DNA of 64,000 bases from Oscillatoria princeps RMCB-10 (GCA_019359235.1 JAHHHT010000012.1:131648-195647), one strand, 5' to 3'; shown: positions 51,207 to 61,917, counted from the stretch's first letter. The notes: a model not told the origin generated them from the sequence alone. Numbers and translations: made by a program.

Positions 51207-52544
51207 CTAGTGGGATGGCAATTGAATTGTAAATAGGCTGCCTTTGCCCTTTTCGCTAGCAACTGCGATGCTGCCGCCGTGGGCAGTGGCAATGGCTTGG
51301 GCGATGGGCAGTCCCAGTCCGGCTCCGCCGGTGTGCCGGGAGCGATCGCTGCTGACTCGGTAGAAGCGGTCAAAAATTCGCGCTTGTTCGGAGGGGTCAA
51401 TGCCGGTGCCGGTGTCTTGGACTTGAATGAGGGCGTGACCGGCTGCGCTGTCCAGGATAACCGCAACTCGCCCACCGGCTCTTGTGTGCTGGATGGCGTT
51501 GACGACGATATTCAAAACCAGGCGATATAGCTGCTCAAAGTCACCGCTCACGCACAGGGGTTTTGGCGCTCGGATGTCTGGGATTAGCTCAACGCCGGCG
51601 GCTAGCGCCAAAGACGCCAATTCTTCAGTAAGATCGCTGACGAGATCGTTGAGGCAGCAGGGCCGGTATTTTATGGGGGATGACAGCTGGTCGATGCGGG
51701 AGAGGAGCAATAAATCCTGAACCAGCACTGAGAGCCGGTGATTTTGGCGCTCGATCACTCTCAGGGTGTCTCGCGCTTCGGCTAGCTCGAGCTGATTCAC
51801 CCGCAGTGCCGATTCCAGTGTGGCTCGGATGGCGGCTAGGGGTGTGCGCAATTCGTGGGCGGCGTCTGAGGTGAATTGCTGGATTTGCCGGTATGAGCGG
51901 TACACCGGCTGCATCGCCAGCCCCGCCAGCCACCAGCCGGCACCGGCAACTAGCAGCATGGCCACCGGCAGCCCCAGCAGGAGTATCCACCTCACTGCTG
52001 CGAGATAGTCGTCAAAGTCTTTCAGCGAGCGCCCGACTTGCATGTACCCCCAAAGGCGGCTGTCCCGGGTGTGCAGGACTCGGGAAATTTGGTCGTACCG
52101 GCTGCCGGTGGCGTCAGTCAGGGTTTGCCACGCTTGCTGTGGGGGGGTTGCGGGCAATCCTTGCGGCTGAATGCCGGCAGCTGCGATCGGGCGTCCCGCA
52201 ACGTCGAGCAACCGCAGGTAGTAGGCTCCTTGGTGAAGGGCACCGGCGGTGTGTCGCTGGGAATTGACCGGCTGTGTCGAGCATGGTTTGCCATTATAGC
52301 ACAGTTCTGGTAAAATGTCAAATGATGCTTTTTCCAGGCGTCCGGGCTGCTTGAGGGTGGGTTCTATGCTGTCGTGCAGGGTGCCGGCAACGGATTCTAG
52401 CTCTCGGGCTGCAGTGACCCAGTGGGCGTGGGAGATCGCTTCGTAGACGCCAAACCCGCACAGGCTGAGAATTAGGCCCATGACGCCGGCATACCAGCTT
52501 GCCAGTCGCCAGCGGGTCTGCTGGAAGAGTGTGTTTTGGTTCAT
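51207..52544 (-). CDS. sensor histidine kinase, CopS/RppB-like, partner of the OmpR-type regulator
   Basis: H-box AAHELRTPLAAI. G-boxes. Two TM segments. Track ORF to 52667; the likely start is MNQNTLFQQ (52544). Confidence 0.8.
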   Translation of the reverse strand: MNQNTLFQQTRWRLASWYAGVMGLILSLCGFGVYEAISHAHWVTAARELESVAGTLHDSIEPTLKQPGRLEKASFDILPELCYNGKPCSTQPVNSQRHTAGALHQGAYYLRLLDVAGRPIAAAGIQPQGLPATPPQQAWQTLTDATGSRYDQISRVLHTRDSRLWGYMQVGRSLKDFDDYLAAVRWILLLGLPVAMLLVAGAGWWLAGLAMQPVYRSYRQIQQFTSDAAHELRTPLAAIRATLESALRVNQLELAEARDTLRVIERQNHRLSVLVQDLLLLSRIDQLSSPIKYRPCCLNDLVSDLTEELASLALAAGVELIPDIRAPKPLCVSGDFEQLYRLVLNIVVNAIQHTRAGGRVAVILDSAAGHALIQVQDTGTGIDPSEQARIFDRFYRVSSDRSRHTGGAGLGLPIAQAIATAHGGSIAVASEKGKGSLFTIQLPSH

Positions 52545-52602
52545 GGGGGGTGGGGATTGGAACCGCCAAGACGCGCCTGTTCGCCAAGAAAGAAAAAGGA
52601 GA

Positions 52603-53304
52603 TTATTTAGGCGGATTTGGGAGGAGGCGATATCCAAGTCCGTAGACTGTTTCAATGATATCCTCACGCCCTATTTCGGCAAGTTTGCGCCGCAGCAGGC
52701 GCATCTGTGCCGCTACGACGTTGCTGGCGGGTTCTGCGCCCAACTCCCAGAGTTGGTTGAGCAGTTGGTCGCGGGTGACAATTTGGTTGGGGTGCCGCAT
52801 GAAATATTCGAGAAGCTGGTATTCTTTGTTGGTGAGGGAAATCAGTTGTTGGTTGCCGGTGGGGTGTTGAAAAGAAAGGGTGCGGGTGCTGTAATCCAGG
52901 GTGAGGTTGCCGGCGTGCAGTTGCTGGGGTTGAATTTGGGGCGACCGGCGCTGCAGTGCTCGCAATCGGGCTAGCAATTCTGCCATGCCAAAGGGTTTGA
53001 CGAGATAGTCATCGGCACCGGCATCTAAGCCTGCAACTTTATCTTGCATGCTGTCTTTTGCGGTGAGCATCAGCACCGGCAGCGGGTTGCGCTTTGCTCG
53101 CAGGCGCTTGCACAGTTCCAGTCCGGACAGTTTGGGCAGCAGCCAGTCGAAGATGGCCAGGGTGTATTCCGTCCACTGGCTGTCTAAATAGTACCAGGCT
53201 TCCAGACCATCTTGCGCCCAGTCTACTATGTAGGCTTCTTGAGTTAGGGTGCGCTTGATGGCGGCACCCAAATCTGGCTCGTCTTCAACTAGCAGGACTC
53301 TCAT
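52603..53304 (-). CDS. OmpR-family response regulator (CopR/RppA-like)
   Basis: REC MRVLLVEDEPDL...FDWLLPKLSGLEL. Winged-helix C-terminus VYGLGYRL. Confidence 0.85.
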   Translation of the reverse strand: MRVLLVEDEPDLGAAIKRTLTQEAYIVDWAQDGLEAWYYLDSQWTEYTLAIFDWLLPKLSGLELCKRLRAKRNPLPVLMLTAKDSMQDKVAGLDAGADDYLVKPFGMAELLARLRALQRRSPQIQPQQLHAGNLTLDYSTRTLSFQHPTGNQQLISLTNKEYQLLEYFMRHPNQIVTRDQLLNQLWELGAEPASNVVAAQMRLLRRKLAEIGREDIIETVYGLGYRLLPNPPK

Positions 53305-53326
53305 GGGAAATCAGCTGTAACTGCGA

Positions 53327-53668
53327 TTACTGCCCTGTGGTGGGGTTGGGGGTGCCTTGCTGGTGCTGCTGGTGGTTGGTGCCGGCGGGCATGTCGCTGC
53401 TGCCGGCTGCGCCGTGACCCATCATGGTCTTGCACTTTTCCTTCATCTGGCTCATCTGGGCGTTCATCTGCTCCATCTGGGCCTTCATTTGGCCCATCTG
53501 TTCCATCATTTGTTGGTGGTGTTCGGGCGTCATCGCCGGGTAGGGGGAAGGTGCGGTGGGGGCGGAGGGTGGGTTCTGGGCGAAAAGTGGCGCAGCGGCG
53601 AGCGTCAGGGCTGCTAGACCGGCGGCGGCGGCGGTGGTCAGGGAAGGGCTGCGCAGATCATGGTTCAT
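53327..53668 (-). CDS. Met/His-rich periplasmic metal-binding protein (PcoE/SilE-like composition)
   Basis: Signal peptide, then MxxQM repeats: MTPEHHQQMMEQMGQMKAQMEQMNAQMSQM. Confidence 0.6.
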   Translation of the reverse strand: MNHDLRSPSLTTAAAAGLAALTLAAAPLFAQNPPSAPTAPSPYPAMTPEHHQQMMEQMGQMKAQMEQMNAQMSQMKEKCKTMMGHGAAGSSDMPAGTNHQQHQQGTPNPTTGQ

Positions 53669-53856
53669 AGTATCCTCGTTCGGTCGAAACTCTTTAAGCT
53701 TTCTTACTTATTAGCTTGGCAGGGGATTGTGAAATCAGGATGAAATACTTACTGCTTCCAGAACACTGACGGAGAACTGCTCGCCCATGCAGCGCAGGAG
53801 CGAATTATACCGTGAAAAGGTTCGCACTGTCTAGAGGTTGTAACAAAAATTGAGAT

Positions 53857-54333
53857 TCAGTTGTAAGTTTGAATCCTGCCGGTGCCGAAGGGAATATCAG
53901 CTCTCATGCCAACCAGGCGACCGGAGATTGGATAGAGCCAAGTGCGACCCAGGTAGTCGGAAGTCTTAATGCCGTTGAGGGAAATGGACAGAACGGTTCC
54001 CGAAGGCACAGGTCGAGAGAAAGAGATGGTGTGTTTTCTGCCAGTGACAGAAACAGTGGCATCAATTGTTTGCCCCGACCGGTCGTCTGCGACAGCAATA
54101 CCCTCGCGCAGGCTCAAACCCTCTGGGAACTCAATCGAGAGTTGAGAGAGAGCACCCCCCGCAATTTGTAGCTCAAAATGATGGACGGGCGTGAGAGCGC
54201 CGGTGGGATGTCCCGAGCTGTGGATGAGGTGGGGAGTTTTGATATCACCTGCGAGTTCTTCCGCACCGGCAGCTGGGATGCAGGAAGCGAGCGCACTCAG
54301 TAGCGCAGCAAAGTAAATGAGCTTTTTCATCAT
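53857..54333 (-). CDS. secreted hypothetical protein
   Basis: 158 aa with a signal peptide. No family assigned. Confidence 0.5.
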   Translation of the reverse strand: MMKKLIYFAALLSALASCIPAAGAEELAGDIKTPHLIHSSGHPTGALTPVHHFELQIAGGALSQLSIEFPEGLSLREGIAVADDRSGQTIDATVSVTGRKHTISFSRPVPSGTVLSISLNGIKTSDYLGRTWLYPISGRLVGMRADIPFGTGRIQTYN

Positions 54334-54521
54334 AGAAATCCTAAAGGTGAAATCAATTCGCTAGTTAATAGCTTTACACCCCTTTGTGAAATCAAGATGA
54401 AATCGCAGCCGGATAAGGATGAGATGGCTGGGACTCCTGCCAAAGGAATGAGTGTCAAGCAACTGGAAACGTCCGGGCGGTTTCCATTGAGTGGCATTCT
54501 TCTCAATCCGAAAGTCTGAGA

Positions 54522-55319
54522 TCACGCCTGATGGACTAACTTCCAGCCTACCATCACTAAGATTGTGTAAATGACTAGCCGGAGGGCGGATTGAGGAGTC
54601 CTCTTGCAGAGCTTAGCGCCCACCAGCACTCCGGGCACCGTGCCCAGCCATATCGGCAGTACCAAACTCCAGTTGACTGTGCCGAGACTGAGATGTCCGA
54701 GGGAGGTAAAAATAAGCAAAATCGCTGCCTGTGCGATATTTGTGCCCACCAACTTGCGAGAGTCAAGGCGGAAAAAGGCAATCAGCACGAGTGCGAACAT
54801 GGAACCGGAAGACACGCTCGTCAGTGCCACCACACAGCCTAAAATCGATCCCACACTGACAGTTCGGAGGCGACCAAACTTAGTTTTTAAGTCAAACTCG
54901 GGCGGCGAGGGTAACTTCAACTTTGGCAGAAAAGTCTTGAGAAACAATTGTGCGAGCGCCGACAAGGTGACAAGCAGTGTCACGGCTCCAATGGAGCGGA
55001 TCAGGAGGGAATCTAAGTTAACAGCGCCAGTATACTTGATGAGGTGCAAAATGCCGACTCCAGTCAGGGAGCCGGGAACACTCCCCAAGGCCAGCCATTT
55101 GACAATTTGCGGGTCAAGGGTTTGCTGCTGCCAGTGCTTGATGCCGCCGATAACCTTCATCAATGTAGCAGCAACCACGTCAGAGCTAACAGCAACCGCC
55201 GGCGGGACTTGGAACATAAAAATCAACATCGGGGTGATGAGAGAGGCTCCGCCAATTGCCGTTAAACCCACGATGATGCCTGCGAAGAAGCTGAGGGGCG
55301 CTAGTAATAAATAGTTCAT
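54522..55319 (-). CDS. TauE/SafE (TSUP) family membrane transporter
   Basis: Eight TM, Gly-rich. LTAIGGASLITPMLIFMF motif. Track ORF to 55490; the likely start is MNYLLLAP (55319). Confidence 0.7.
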   Translation of the reverse strand: MNYLLLAPLSFFAGIIVGLTAIGGASLITPMLIFMFQVPPAVAVSSDVVAATLMKVIGGIKHWQQQTLDPQIVKWLALGSVPGSLTGVGILHLIKYTGAVNLDSLLIRSIGAVTLLVTLSALAQLFLKTFLPKLKLPSPPEFDLKTKFGRLRTVSVGSILGCVVALTSVSSGSMFALVLIAFFRLDSRKLVGTNIAQAAILLIFTSLGHLSLGTVNWSLVLPIWLGTVPGVLVGAKLCKRTPQSALRLVIYTILVMVGWKLVHQA

Positions 55320-55793
55320 AAGACTGTTCTGATAGAGGGGGTTGCGGTCGGGGCTGCCGGTGGGTTGCGAAGGCTCGCTGGCGTGTGCTGCTACACCGGC
55401 GGCTCGCCATGCGGTACGCGCACCCTCCTGCTGAACTGCTGGATAAGCTTTATTACTTATCAGTTTGGCAGGTGTTTGTGAAATCAGCATGAAAAAATAC
55501 CTACTCGTTGCGGGAAGTTGGGTTATTGCGTAATTAAGCTTTTTGCATTACGCATAAGCGGGGCGGGCGTAAAAAAAATAGGGTGCGACGAGCTCCCCTA
55601 TTTCAGCAATCAGCAAGGAGTGGGGTGCGTTAAGCTGTTACGCTTTTAATATGCTTATGGGAAAAAGGAGACAGAGCCTCCAGAGGCGCGTTCCCAGGCT
55701 CCGCCTGGGAACGAGGGATAGAGATGAATAGCACAAATTAAATGCGCAATAGCTTAGTAAGGCACCCTAAAGTGTCTTGGAGTTTGAGCCTGC

Positions 55794-56717
55794 CTAAAGA
55801 ACATTTACCCAAAAATCAGCGGTGACAATCTGACCGTTGCGGTTAAATTGCCCCCAGAGTTTATATTTCCCCGGTTGGGGGAAGTGAGTCATAAAATGCA
55901 CCTCGCCGGCGGGAGTGCCTCCGTGGGGGTGGGCGTGAATGTAGTCGGATGCTTTCAAATCTGCTGACTGGCGGATAATGACTAAATGGCCGGTTTCGCC
56001 CAGGTAGGTCTGCAAATCAGTTACCTTTTGACCGGTGGCGGTGTCCCGCACGTTAAAGACGAGCATGACTTCTTTGCCGGCTTTGACGGTTGCCTCCGGT
56101 AACGCAAGCTGTACTTTTGTATTGCCAAAGGTCTGGGTGAGATTAATATCAGCAGCGGGTGCCGGTGAGGCGGTGCCGGTTACAGCTGTTTTCAGCACAG
56201 AAACTCGCTCGATCTGTCCGGCTGGTTTGTAGTCGCTGAAAAGCGTGTAACCGCCTGATTTGGGAAAGCTCGCCTCGACTTCAAACCGGCCATTTCCCTT
56301 GTAGGTGGGGTGAATGTGGCTGAAAAACTCGAGGTCATCGCTGACGGCAATCAGGTGCATCAGCTTTTCCTGAAAGGTGTCAAAATTGGTGATGGCTTTG
56401 CCTGCTGAGTCGCGAATGTCAATGACCAGAGAAACGGGTTTGTTTGGGGCAATATTTGATGAAACTGTGAGTTTGGCTAGGCTGGTTGCCGGTGTTCCGG
56501 AATTGCCGTGGGAGGGATCGTTATGTTCGCCTCCGGAAGAACCCCCATGATTCATGGGCTGCGGGGGTTCCATGTGGCCATCCATTTGAGCCATCGATGG
56601 CTGTCCGGGAGTTTCTTGTGTTTGAGCCGGCGCTTCCCCAGATTTCACGGGGAATGAACACCCCTGAGCCGATAATAAGGTGGACAGGACTGCAAACGCA
56701 CTGACAAAGCGATTCAT
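55794..56717 (-). CDS. lipoprotein with His/Met-rich N-terminal region, possible metal-binding
   Basis: Lipobox LLSAQGC. MAQMDGHMEPPQPMNHGGSSGGEHNDPSHGNSG. The likely start is MNRFVSAF (56717). Confidence 0.5.
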   Translation of the reverse strand: MNRFVSAFAVLSTLLSAQGCSFPVKSGEAPAQTQETPGQPSMAQMDGHMEPPQPMNHGGSSGGEHNDPSHGNSGTPATSLAKLTVSSNIAPNKPVSLVIDIRDSAGKAITNFDTFQEKLMHLIAVSDDLEFFSHIHPTYKGNGRFEVEASFPKSGGYTLFSDYKPAGQIERVSVLKTAVTGTASPAPAADINLTQTFGNTKVQLALPEATVKAGKEVMLVFNVRDTATGQKVTDLQTYLGETGHLVIIRQSADLKASDYIHAHPHGGTPAGEVHFMTHFPQPGKYKLWGQFNRNGQIVTADFWVNVL

Positions 56718-56897
56718 TGAGTGTTCTCCCAGGTAGTCGGTTTTATATTTCAGGTAAAAAATAGAGAAGGCGGGCAGTAATCTGCCGGCATTCCGCCGCA
56801 GAGCGCTTTGTTTAAACAATAAAACACGAAAATGAAATCAGGATGAAATCGCCTGGGCGGTTAGGCCCACTTACATACGGCCCGGCTGATTGCAGCA

Positions 56898-57272
56898 CTA
56901 TTTCATCATTCCGCCACACATGGCAGACATTCCGTCCGAGACAAAACCGTCGATCTCGTGAGCGTGTTCGCGAATAACAGCTACCATATCGGGAGCCTGG
57001 GAAGTTTCAGTGACAGCGACTCCCTTGGGCGTTTTTTCCAATTTGCGCTGATAGCGGTTTGCGTTGCGAAACATAACCGGCAGGGTGCGGCTCATCATCG
57101 ACAGCTCTCGCCCTTCGTCAATGCGCTTGTACATACTGGGAACGTGCTGTTGAATCAGGGCAGCAATTTCAGGGCTGTCCGATTCTGTCGTTGAGCGAAT
57201 ACCGCCCGGAATTTCCTCAACGGTGCGCCGAATTTGGTTGTGATTGGCAAACAGCTGATGAATGGTACGCAT
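56898..57272 (-). CDS. hypothetical protein (C-terminal MCGGMM motif)
   Basis: 124-aa ORF inside the metal island. Confidence 0.35.
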   Translation of the reverse strand: MRTIHQLFANHNQIRRTVEEIPGGIRSTTESDSPEIAALIQQHVPSMYKRIDEGRELSMMSRTLPVMFRNANRYQRKLEKTPKGVAVTETSQAPDMVAVIREHAHEIDGFVSDGMSAMCGGMMK

Positions 57273-57428
57273 ATCACAATAAAGCTGATGGCTGTTAGGG
57301 CAGGCGTCTCGCCTGCCCTACGCATATACCTCGTAGGACAGGCATCTTGCCTGTCCCTGTCCCTAAGAGCAAGCGTTCCGGCCTTGTCCTAAACTGACTG
57401 TCCATTGCTATATCAGGCAAGATGCAAC

Positions 57429-58172
57429 CTATCGATACCAAGCCTGATACCATTGCCGCATCCGCTCGATTTCATCACTTTGAGTCTGGAGAATGGATTT
57501 CGCCAGAGTGCGCATTTCTGGGCGGTCGCTGTCCACCACCATCCCCGCCATCATCACTGCCATTTTGTGATGCGGAATCATCTGCTGAATGAACGCTTTG
57601 TCAAAGTCAGGAGCATTTTTCAGGGCTTCTAGATCCCCAGTCATCATGTTCATCATGCCCCCGCCCATCATTCCCATACCGGAATTCATGGACATTCTCT
57701 GGTTTCCTGTCTGACTGGTGCCGGTGCCAGAAGGCGCGGACATCCCCATCCCGCGAGCCGGTGCTGCCGGCACCGCAGTGGCGTACCACTGTTTGTACCA
57801 GGCTTTCATCTGACCGATTTCTCGGTTTTGGTCTTTTATGATGGATTCAGCAAGCTTTTTGATTTCAGGATGCTTGGCCCGGGTGAGGCCAAGCTTTGCC
57901 ATGTCCACCGCTCCCTGATGGTGAGGAATCATCATCTCGATAAAGTGCCGGTCTGGTTGTTGGGAATTCATCATCCCCATGCAGCCAGTCCCCGCGGGGG
58001 AGCCGGTGGGATTGTTGGGAGCTTGTCCTTGCGGCTGAGCTTGTGTCTGGGTGGGGGGATTTTGTGCGGTGACGGACCGCTGAGCTTGCGTCTGGTTGAG
58101 CGTCAGCCACCCCAGAAAGGCGGTACTGCCTCCCAGTAAAGCGAGCCCGTAAATCAAAGATTTTTTGTCCAT
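57429..58172 (-). CDS. DUF305-domain periplasmic protein (CopM-like)
   Basis: Signal peptide. Two DUF305 half-motifs MMIPHHQGAVDMA and QMIPHHKMAVMMA. Confidence 0.7.
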   Translation of the reverse strand: MDKKSLIYGLALLGGSTAFLGWLTLNQTQAQRSVTAQNPPTQTQAQPQGQAPNNPTGSPAGTGCMGMMNSQQPDRHFIEMMIPHHQGAVDMAKLGLTRAKHPEIKKLAESIIKDQNREIGQMKAWYKQWYATAVPAAPARGMGMSAPSGTGTSQTGNQRMSMNSGMGMMGGGMMNMMTGDLEALKNAPDFDKAFIQQMIPHHKMAVMMAGMVVDSDRPEMRTLAKSILQTQSDEIERMRQWYQAWYR

Positions 58173-58187
58173 AGGTCTACCTCATTC

Positions 58188-58709
58188 CTATTCGAGCGCA
58201 GGAACTGACGGTGCCACTTCTATTATACCGCGAAACATTCTCATGCCGCAAGTGAAATGGTATTCTCCCGGCTTGTCAGGGGTAAATTCCACCGGCACTG
58301 TTTTGTTCACCGGCAAGTGGGCGTCGATGCCAAAATCTGGCAGCAGGACTTCTTCTAAGCAGCTACTGTCGTCTTTTCGCAAAAAGTTGAGCCGCACCGG
58401 CTCCCCGGCTCGCACCACAATATAATCGGGCTGGTAGCCGCCATCGACAGTGATCTCGATTTCCTGAACACCCTGCTGGGTTTCGGCTTGCTGCGCTTTG
58501 GGCTTTTTGTATAAAAACCACCAAAGTTCCGCTCCTATCAGCGCCAAGCCGCCCAAAGTTACGCCCACCTTTAGACCTAAAGGTTGCTCGATGCGGCGAA
58601 ATTGATTGGTGTGGCTCGCCGGCATTTCTGCGGCTGTTGCGCCGGCGGGTATTGCCGCCAGCAGCCCCAGACTGATTATACCGCTCCAAAGTTTCCTTTT
58701 CGTTTTCAT
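58188..58709 (-). CDS. cupredoxin-like copper-binding periplasmic protein
   Basis: Signal peptide after MKTKRKL (58709). C-terminal GEYHFTCGMRMFRG is cupredoxin-like. Confidence 0.6.
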   Translation of the reverse strand: MKTKRKLWSGIISLGLLAAIPAGATAAEMPASHTNQFRRIEQPLGLKVGVTLGGLALIGAELWWFLYKKPKAQQAETQQGVQEIEITVDGGYQPDYIVVRAGEPVRLNFLRKDDSSCLEEVLLPDFGIDAHLPVNKTVPVEFTPDKPGEYHFTCGMRMFRGIIEVAPSVPALE

Positions 58710-58798
58710 TTTTGAGGTAAGAATCTGTAATGAACCGCCAAGACGCCAAGGACGCCAAGAGAATTTAAGAGGAGAGAGAGGGAGTGAGGTGGGGGTAT

Positions 58799-61117
58799 TC
58801 ATGGCTGGAACCGGCGCAAGCGCAAGGCGTTGGTGACGACTGAGACGGAGCTAAATGCCATTGCGGCACCGGCAATAATCGGATTGAGCAGCCAGCCAAA
58901 CAGGGGAAATAAAATCCCGGCGGCTACTGGAATGCCGGCAGCGTTGTAACCGAAGGCGAACAAGAGATTTTGGCGAATATTCCGCAGGGTGGCGCGGCTG
59001 AGGCGGATGGCGGTGACGATGGCTTGCAAGTCTCCAGAAATTAAGGTGATGTCGCTGGCGGCGATTGCCACATCTGTGCCGGTGCCGATGGCTATGCCAA
59101 CATCTGCCTGAGCTAAAGCGGGGGCGTCGTTGATGCCATCTCCCACCATCGCCACAATTCGATTTTGGATGTGGTATTTGGGATTTTGGATTGAAGGGTT
59201 TACCCCGGTTTGGAGAGATTGAATAACGGCTGCTTTTTGGTCGGGGCGGACTTCGGCAAAGACTCGCTCAATCCCGACTTGCTGCGCGATTGCTTCCGCT
59301 GTGCGCCGGTTGTCTCCGGTGAGCATTACGACTTCTAAGCCCATTCTTTGCAGGGCTCTCACAGCTTCAGCGGAAGAAGGTTTGAGGGTGTCTGCAATTG
59401 CGATAATTCCCTCTAATTCTCCGTCAACGGCTAGGAAGACAACTGTTTTGCCTGAATCTTCCCAGGCTACTTTGTGCCCGTGCAGTTGCAGGGTGTCAAT
59501 CCCCAATTCGTCCATCCAGCGCTGCGTTCCGATTTGCACGAGTCTGTCTGAAACAATTCCCCGGACGCCACTGCCGGCAATTGCCTGAAATTTTTCGCAT
59601 TCTGGTAGCGCTACCTCTTTGCCCCCCTTATTAAGGGGGGTTGGGGGGATCTGTTGTTCCTCGGTGTACTTGACGACTGCTTCTGCTAGAGGGTGTTCTG
59701 AGTGGCGCTCAACGGCTGCTGCTAGCCGCAATAGTTTTAGCTCATTCTGATGGGCGGTTCCCCCAAGGGTTACAAAGTCTGTAACGCCGGGTTTGCCTTG
59801 GGTGAGTGTGCCGGTTTTATCGAGGACAACGGTCTGAATTCTATGGGCGAGTTCCAGACTGCCGGCTCCTTTTATAAGAATGCCGTTTTCTGCGCCTTTA
59901 CCGATGCCAACTGTGACGGAGGTGGGGGTGGCTAATCCGAGGGCGCAGGGACAAGCGATAATCAGAACGCTGACGGTGGCAATGGTGGCTAGGCTGAGGT
60001 TGCCGGTGAAGTTAAACCAAAGGATAAAGGTGGCGGTGGCGATCGCGATTACTGCCGGCACGAACCATGCGGTCACCCGATCGGCGAGTCGCTGAATCGG
60101 GGCTTTGGAACCTTGAGCTTGCTGCACCAATTTGACAATCTGAGCTAGGGCTGTGTCTTTCCCCACTCGCATCGCCCGGAACCGGAAGCTGCCGGTTTTG
60201 TTGATAGTGGCTCCAATCACTTCATCCCCCGGCTGCTTGCTGGCGGGAATACTTTCGCCGGTAATCATTGATTCATCTACTGTTGAGGTGCCGGCAATCA
60301 CTTCGCCATCTACGGGGATTTTTTCGCCGGGGCGCACCTGCACGATATCTCCGACGGCGACTTCTGCTATGGGGATATCCAGCTCTCTCCCATTTCTAAT
60401 AATGCGAGCGGTTTTCGGCTGCAAGCCCATCAATTTGCGGATGGCTTCTGAGGTTTGACCTCGCGCCCGGTTTTCCAAAAAGCGACCGAGCATTGTCAGG
60501 GTTATAATTACGGCTGAGGCTTCATAGTAAACCTCTGGCATGAGCCCTTGGGACAGGAAAAAACCGGGGCTGACGGTCGCCCAAAGGGAGTAGAAGTAAG
60601 CCGCACTGGTTCCTAAGGTGATTAGGGTGTTCATGTCTGCGGTGCGGTGCCGAAATGCTTTCCAGGCTCCCCGGTAAAAGGGCAAGCCGGCCCAAAATTG
60701 AACCGGGGATGCGAGTAATAGCTGCACCCAGGAATTGTGCAGCCAATTCAGAATTGGGTGCGAACTCAATCCTGTCATGGCGGGGATAGCGCCGGCAACC
60801 AGAAGCAGGCTCAGCGCGCTGCTGACTGCGAGCTTGCGCAAAAGCTGTTGCTCTTCTGCTTTCCGACCGGCTTTTTCGGCATCGTCTTCTTCCTCCCCCG
60901 CTTCCTGAATGGGATGGGCGGAATATCCCGCATCACTCACTGCGCGGGCTATGTCGCTAGAATTTGTTTGCTTGGCATTGTAGTTGACGGTGGCTTGCTC
61001 TGCGCCGAAGTTGACGCTGCACTCAACCACGCCGGGAACGGATTGGATGGCTCGCTCGATTTTGCCGGCGCAAGACGCGCAACCCATGCCTTTCACGCGC
61101 AGATGGACTGTTTCCAT
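58799..61117 (-). CDS. copA: copper-translocating P-type ATPase (CopA/PacS/CtaA-type)
   Basis: N-terminal [33 protein letters not shown]. Contains two in-frame repeat-element insertions. Confidence 0.9.
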   Translation of the reverse strand: METVHLRVKGMGCASCAGKIERAIQSVPGVVECSVNFGAEQATVNYNAKQTNSSDIARAVSDAGYSAHPIQEAGEEEDDAEKAGRKAEEQQLLRKLAVSSALSLLLVAGAIPAMTGLSSHPILNWLHNSWVQLLLASPVQFWAGLPFYRGAWKAFRHRTADMNTLITLGTSAAYFYSLWATVSPGFFLSQGLMPEVYYEASAVIITLTMLGRFLENRARGQTSEAIRKLMGLQPKTARIIRNGRELDIPIAEVAVGDIVQVRPGEKIPVDGEVIAGTSTVDESMITGESIPASKQPGDEVIGATINKTGSFRFRAMRVGKDTALAQIVKLVQQAQGSKAPIQRLADRVTAWFVPAVIAIATATFILWFNFTGNLSLATIATVSVLIIACPCALGLATPTSVTVGIGKGAENGILIKGAGSLELAHRIQTVVLDKTGTLTQGKPGVTDFVTLGGTAHQNELKLLRLAAAVERHSEHPLAEAVVKYTEEQQIPPTPLNKGGKEVALPECEKFQAIAGSGVRGIVSDRLVQIGTQRWMDELGIDTLQLHGHKVAWEDSGKTVVFLAVDGELEGIIAIADTLKPSSAEAVRALQRMGLEVVMLTGDNRRTAEAIAQQVGIERVFAEVRPDQKAAVIQSLQTGVNPSIQNPKYHIQNRIVAMVGDGINDAPALAQADVGIAIGTGTDVAIAASDITLISGDLQAIVTAIRLSRATLRNIRQNLLFAFGYNAAGIPVAAGILFPLFGWLLNPIIAGAAMAFSSVSVVTNALRLRRFQP

Positions 61118-61328
61118 AATGGACTCCTGCTCGCTGTACCTCTACGCTTACGCTAAACCCTCCAGTCAACTGGAGAGTCAAGGGGGAGTTTGTAAAGTTT
61201 TGTTGCGCCGGCTGGCGGGCTTGGATCTAACGTCCTAAGCAATTTGGCATTGATGAGGATGATTTGGATTAATTTTGAGTGAGAAGTAGGGTGCGTTACG
61301 CAGTAACGCACCCACTCCTTTATCGCTT

Positions 61329-61817
61329 TTATCGCTTAAAGCTAAACCGACCGTTTACTTTTTCACCCTTAATATCGGTAAGGATGACAACTTTATACTC
61401 ACCGGCAGCCTTTTCAGGCAGGAAAGTGGCGTAGTGTTTGCCGGCGGCGTCATAGGCGAGGTCGAGCGTTTTTTGCTCGCCGGCTGGCGACTGAACTTGC
61501 GCCGTCACCTTGGCGTCCGGAATGGCTTCGTGACTGTCCCCTTTTTGCAGGAAAAAATCGATGTGAGTGCCATCATTTTCCGGCACCGGCACCAACTCCA
61601 AATGATAGGGGCCAGATTCGATAACTTGACCGCCTTGAGATGTTTTGGGATGGTCAGTTTTCGCTGCCGGTTGTGCGCTAGAGGCAGGAGTCGCCGCACT
61701 GGTTGCCGGTGAGCCGCCTTTATCTGCATTCGTCGCCGGCGTCTCACTACCACAAGCCGCCAAAAACACCAGCCCCACACTCCCCAAAACAATTAAACTT
61801 ACCTTCACTAACTTCAT
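61329..61817 (-). CDS. lipoprotein of unknown function, adjacent to the RND pump
   Basis: The likely start is MKLVKVSLIVLGSVGLVFLAACGS (lipobox). C-terminal beta-rich domain. Confidence 0.5.
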   Translation of the reverse strand: MKLVKVSLIVLGSVGLVFLAACGSETPATNADKGGSPATSAATPASSAQPAAKTDHPKTSQGGQVIESGPYHLELVPVPENDGTHIDFFLQKGDSHEAIPDAKVTAQVQSPAGEQKTLDLAYDAAGKHYATFLPEKAAGEYKVVILTDIKGEKVNGRFSFKR

Positions 61818-61917
61818 GTCATTTCCTCCTATTCTCATATTTTCACCGGCACTGGAGGCGGAGCCTCCTGAGCTGCGCTCCCAGGCGGAGCCTGGGAACG
61901 AGATATACGAGATATAT

